From the NCBI RefSeq assembly GCF_022045235.1, contig NW_027266308.1, positions 16,244,001 to 16,308,000 of the forward strand: a DNA stretch of 64,000 bases, read 5' to 3'. The translations under genes and the position numbers were made by a program. A model generated the notes under the pieces. That model searched no databases. It was not told the DNA's origin and saw only the letters and a program-made list of their open reading frames with translations. Positions 60,588 through 64,000 of the stretch are shown in pieces. The DNA is from Haliotis cracherodii. Lineage: Eukaryota. How positions within the stretch are numbered: position 1 is the first letter of the stretch; each line of letters starts with the position of its first letter.

Positions 60588-60827
60588 GGGGTTTAATGCC
60601 ACTTTGAACAGTATTTCAGTTACATCTCTGCAAGTCAGCTTAATGTTGGAGGAAAGCCCGAAGTGATGCATGTCTTACACGTTTACCACTTTGGTGAAAC
60701 CCACGAGCATGGGTATGGTGCTGACAAACAGTAAGATAATCAGGGATTGGAACCCATGATACTAGTTTCCTGGCGTACCTAAGGGGTGCAACTATGCAAT
60801 GCAAATTGTGTTGCCTCAGACTACTGA
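60588..60827 (-). mobile_element. Degenerate SINE family B
   Basis: ggaggaaagcccgaagtgatgca...tgaaacccacgagca...gcctcagactactg is the reverse complement of family B. Confidence 0.7.
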
Positions 60828-63366
60828 CTGGAGCGGAGAGCACATACACATATAGTGAAGTAAGGAGATGGGGATGTCATGGAGTGGAGAGCACATACAC
60901 ATATAGTGAAGTAAGGAGATGGGGACATCATGGAGCGGAGAGCACATACACATATAGCGAAGTAAGGAGATGGGGATGTCCTCGAGCGGAGAGCACATAC
61001 ACATATAGTGAAGTAAGGAGATGATGTCCTGGAGCGGAGAGCACATACACATATAGTGAAGTAAGGAGATGGGGAAGTCATGGAGTGGAGAGCACATACA
61101 CATATAGTGAAGTAAGGAGATGGGGATGTCATGGAGTGGAGAGCACATACACATATAGTGAAGTAAGGAGATGGGGATGTCATGGAGTGGAGAGCACATA
61201 CACATATAGTGAAGTAAGGAGATGGGGATGTCATGGGAGTGGAGAGCACATACACATATAGTGAAGTAAGGAGATGGGGGTGTCATGGGAGTGGAGAGCA
61301 CATACACTTATAGTGAAGTAAGGAGATGGGGGTGTCCTGGAGTGGAGAGCACATACACATATAGTGAAGTAAGGAGATGGGGACGTCATGGAGTGGAGAG
61401 CACATACACTTATAGTGAAGTAAGGAGATGGGGATGTCATGGAGTGGAGAGCACATACACATATAGTGAAGTAAGGAGATGGGGATGTCATGGAGTGGAG
61501 AGCACATACACATATAGTGAAGTAAGGAGATGGGGATGTCATGGAGTGGAGAGCACATACACATATAGTGAAGTAAGGAGATGGGGATGTCATGGGAGTG
61601 GAGAGCACATACACATATGGTGAAGTAAGGAGATGGGGGTGTCCTGGAGTGGAGAGCACATACACATATAGTGAAGTAAGGAGATGGGGATGTCATGGAG
61701 TGGAGAGCACATACACATATAGTGAAGTAAGGAGATGGGGATGTCATGGGAGTGGAGAGCACATACACTTATAGTGAAGTAAGGAGATGGGGGTGTCCTG
61801 GAGTGGAGAGCACATACACATATAGTGAAGTAAGGAGATGGGGATGTCATGGGAGCGGAGAGCACATACACATATAGTGAAGTAAGGAGATGGGGAAGTC
61901 ATGGAGTGGAGAGCACATACACATATAGTGAAGTAAGGAGATGGGGAAGTCATGGAGTGGAGAGCACATACACATATAGTGAAGTAAGGAGATGGGGATG
62001 TCATGGGAGTGGAGAGCACATACACTTATAGTGAAGTAAGGAGATGGGGGTGTCCTGGAGTGGAGAGCACATACACATATAGTGAAGTAAGGAGATGGGG
62101 ATGTCATGGGAGCGGAGAGCACATACACATATAGTGAAGTAAGGAGATGGGGAAGTCATGGAGTGGAGAGCACATACACATATAGTGAAGTAAGGAGATG
62201 GGGAAGTCATGGAGTGGAGAGCACATACACATATAGTGAAGTAAGGAGATGGGGCCGTCATGGAGCGGAGAGCACATACACATATAGTGAAGTAAGGAGA
62301 TGGGGAAGTCATGGAGTGGAGAGCACATACACATATAGTGAAGTAAGGAGATGGGGCCGTCATGGAGCGGAGAGCACATACACATATAGTGAAGTAAGGA
62401 GATGGGGAAGTCATGGAGTGGAGAGCACATACACATATAGTGAAGTAAGGAGATGGGGATGTCATGGGAGTGGAGAGCACATACACATATGGTGAAGTAA
62501 GGAGATGGGGATGTCCTGGAGTGGAGAGCACATACACATATAGTGAAGTAAGGAGATGGGGACGTCATGGAGTGGAGAGCACATACACATATAGTGAAGT
62601 AAGGAGATGGGGACGTCATGGAGTGGAGAGCACATACACATATAGTGAAGTAAGGAGATGGGGATGTCATGGGAGTGGAGAGCACATACACATATAGTGA
62701 AGTAAGGAGATGGGGATGTCATGGAGTGGAGAGCACATACACATATAGTGAAGTAAGGAGATGGGGATGTCATGGAGTGGAGAGCACATACACATATAGT
62801 GAAGTAAGGAGATGGGGATGTCCTGGAGTGGAGAGCACATACACATATAGTGAAGTAAGGAGATGGGGATGTCCTGGAGTGGAGAGCACATACACATATA
62901 GTGAAGTAAGGAGATGGGGGTGTCATGGGAGTGGAGAGCACATACACATATAGTGAAGTAAGTTTATGGGGATGTCATGGAGTGGAGAGCACATACACAT
63001 ATAGTGAAGTAAGGAGATGGGGGTGTCATGGGAGTGGAGAGCACATACACATATAGTGAAGTAAGGAGATGGGGGTGTCATGGGAGTGGAGAGCACATAC
63101 ACATATAGTGAAGTAAGGAGATGGGGGTGTCATGGGAGTGGAGAGCACATACACATATAGTGAAGTAAGTTTATGGGGATGTCATGGAGTGGAGAGCACA
63201 TACACATATAGTGAAGTAAGGAGATGGGGGTGTCATGGGAGTGGAGAGCACATACACATATAGTGAAGTAAGGAGATGGGGGTGTCCTGGAGTGGAGAGC
63301 ACATACACATATAGTGAAGTAAGTTTATGGGGATGTCATGGAGTGGAGAGCACATACACATGGTGA
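60828..63366. repeat. Minisatellite, 51/52-bp unit, ~50 copies
   Basis: Unit ggagtggagagcacatacacatatagtgaagtaaggagatggggatgtcat. Confidence 0.97.
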
Positions 63367-63716
63367 AGGAAGCTCTAGACGATAGTTATTGAAGCAACTA
63401 AGCATGCAACTCTTATTCCTTTTTGGACAATACATAAAAATTGTTGATAATCAATTTCTGAGTAAATATTGCAAGTCTTCAAATATGCTCAGGACAAAAT
63501 ATATTCTTCCTGCAACAATACAATAAAGCTTATATTTCATAACTGTGACCGAAAGTTGATTTCATATGAATATTCCAAAGATGATTGTCGTGTAAATGTC
63601 TTAGCATGTCAATTTGAGTAAGTGAATGTTGTTTTATGCCACAGTCAGCACTATTCCAGCAATATATCACGCCTGCATGTGAAACTGAAGAAAAGGTCTA
63701 CCTATCGTTCACCTAC

Positions 63717-63799
63717 CATCCTTTTTTGCTGGTTTTCTCTTGGGCTGATCATCTGCTTTCTTTTTATGAGAATATTTCTTTAAATGGTCAGCATTTTTC
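63717..63799 (-). CDS. APLF: APLF penultimate coding exon ((R)KNADHLKKYSHKKKADDQPKRKPAKKD), end of the second PBZ zinc finger
   Basis: ctcttgcag acceptor and G|gtaggt donor. RKNxxHxxxYSH is the PBZ finger C-terminal half. The phase-1 end joins the 54697 exon in frame. Confidence 0.8.
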
Positions 63800-63851
63800 C
63801 TGCAAGAGAGTTGCATTATAGGTCTCGTCACTTTTAATAAATCTGAGCTAT

Positions 63852-64000
63852 ATGAGGAGTCTGTATGTACATGAGGAGTCTGTATGTACATGAGAAGTCT
63901 GTATGTACATGAGGAGTCTGTACATGAGGAGTCTTTATGTACATGAGGAGTCTGTATGTACATGAGGAGTCTGTATGTACATGAGGAGTCTGTATGTACA
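63852..64000. repeat. Minisatellite, 19-bp unit atgaggagtctgtatgtac, runs off the right edge
   Basis: Direct reading. Confidence 0.93.

Noticed and set aside
57991-62953. Long Leu/Pro/Tyr and SEVRRWG repeat ORFs
   Set aside because: Minisatellite translations inside the APLF intron.
1-64000. CRISPR-like arrays
   Set aside because: All arrays are contiguous tandem units without unique spacers; there are no cas genes and the context is eukaryotic.

Overview
Repeat-rich animal genomic DNA. The SINE and MITE repertoire suggests a mollusc, possibly a gastropod or abalone (inference only). Three intron-containing host genes are present. (1) The 5' part of LIN52 (DREAM/MuvB subunit; minus strand, 4 exons, ATG at 7240, continues off the left edge). 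(2) A complete 15-coding-exon ALDH6A1 (methylmalonate-semialdehyde dehydrogenase; plus strand, 7621-43294, 524 aa), head-to-head with LIN52 across a 380-bp promoter. (3) The last two coding exons of APLF (minus strand, convergent). The introns hold an intact, very young Ty3/Gypsy LTR retrotransposon (identical 219-bp LTRs, 5-bp TSD, single gag-pol ORF), three unrelated DIRS1-type elements with ITR+ICR architecture, at least four SINE families, several MITEs, a Helentron-associated (HINE-like) element and about ten minisatellite arrays. The most unusual observations are: a 37-bp minisatellite whose unit is a hammerhead-ribozyme catalytic core; a 49-bp minisatellite made of a SINE Pol III A-box; several arrays sitting exactly at retroelement 5' junctions; the LIN52-ALDH6A1 divergent pair, also known in human; and a duplicated 3' splice site in ALDH6A1. 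All coordinates were read by eye; repeat boundaries may be off by a few bases.
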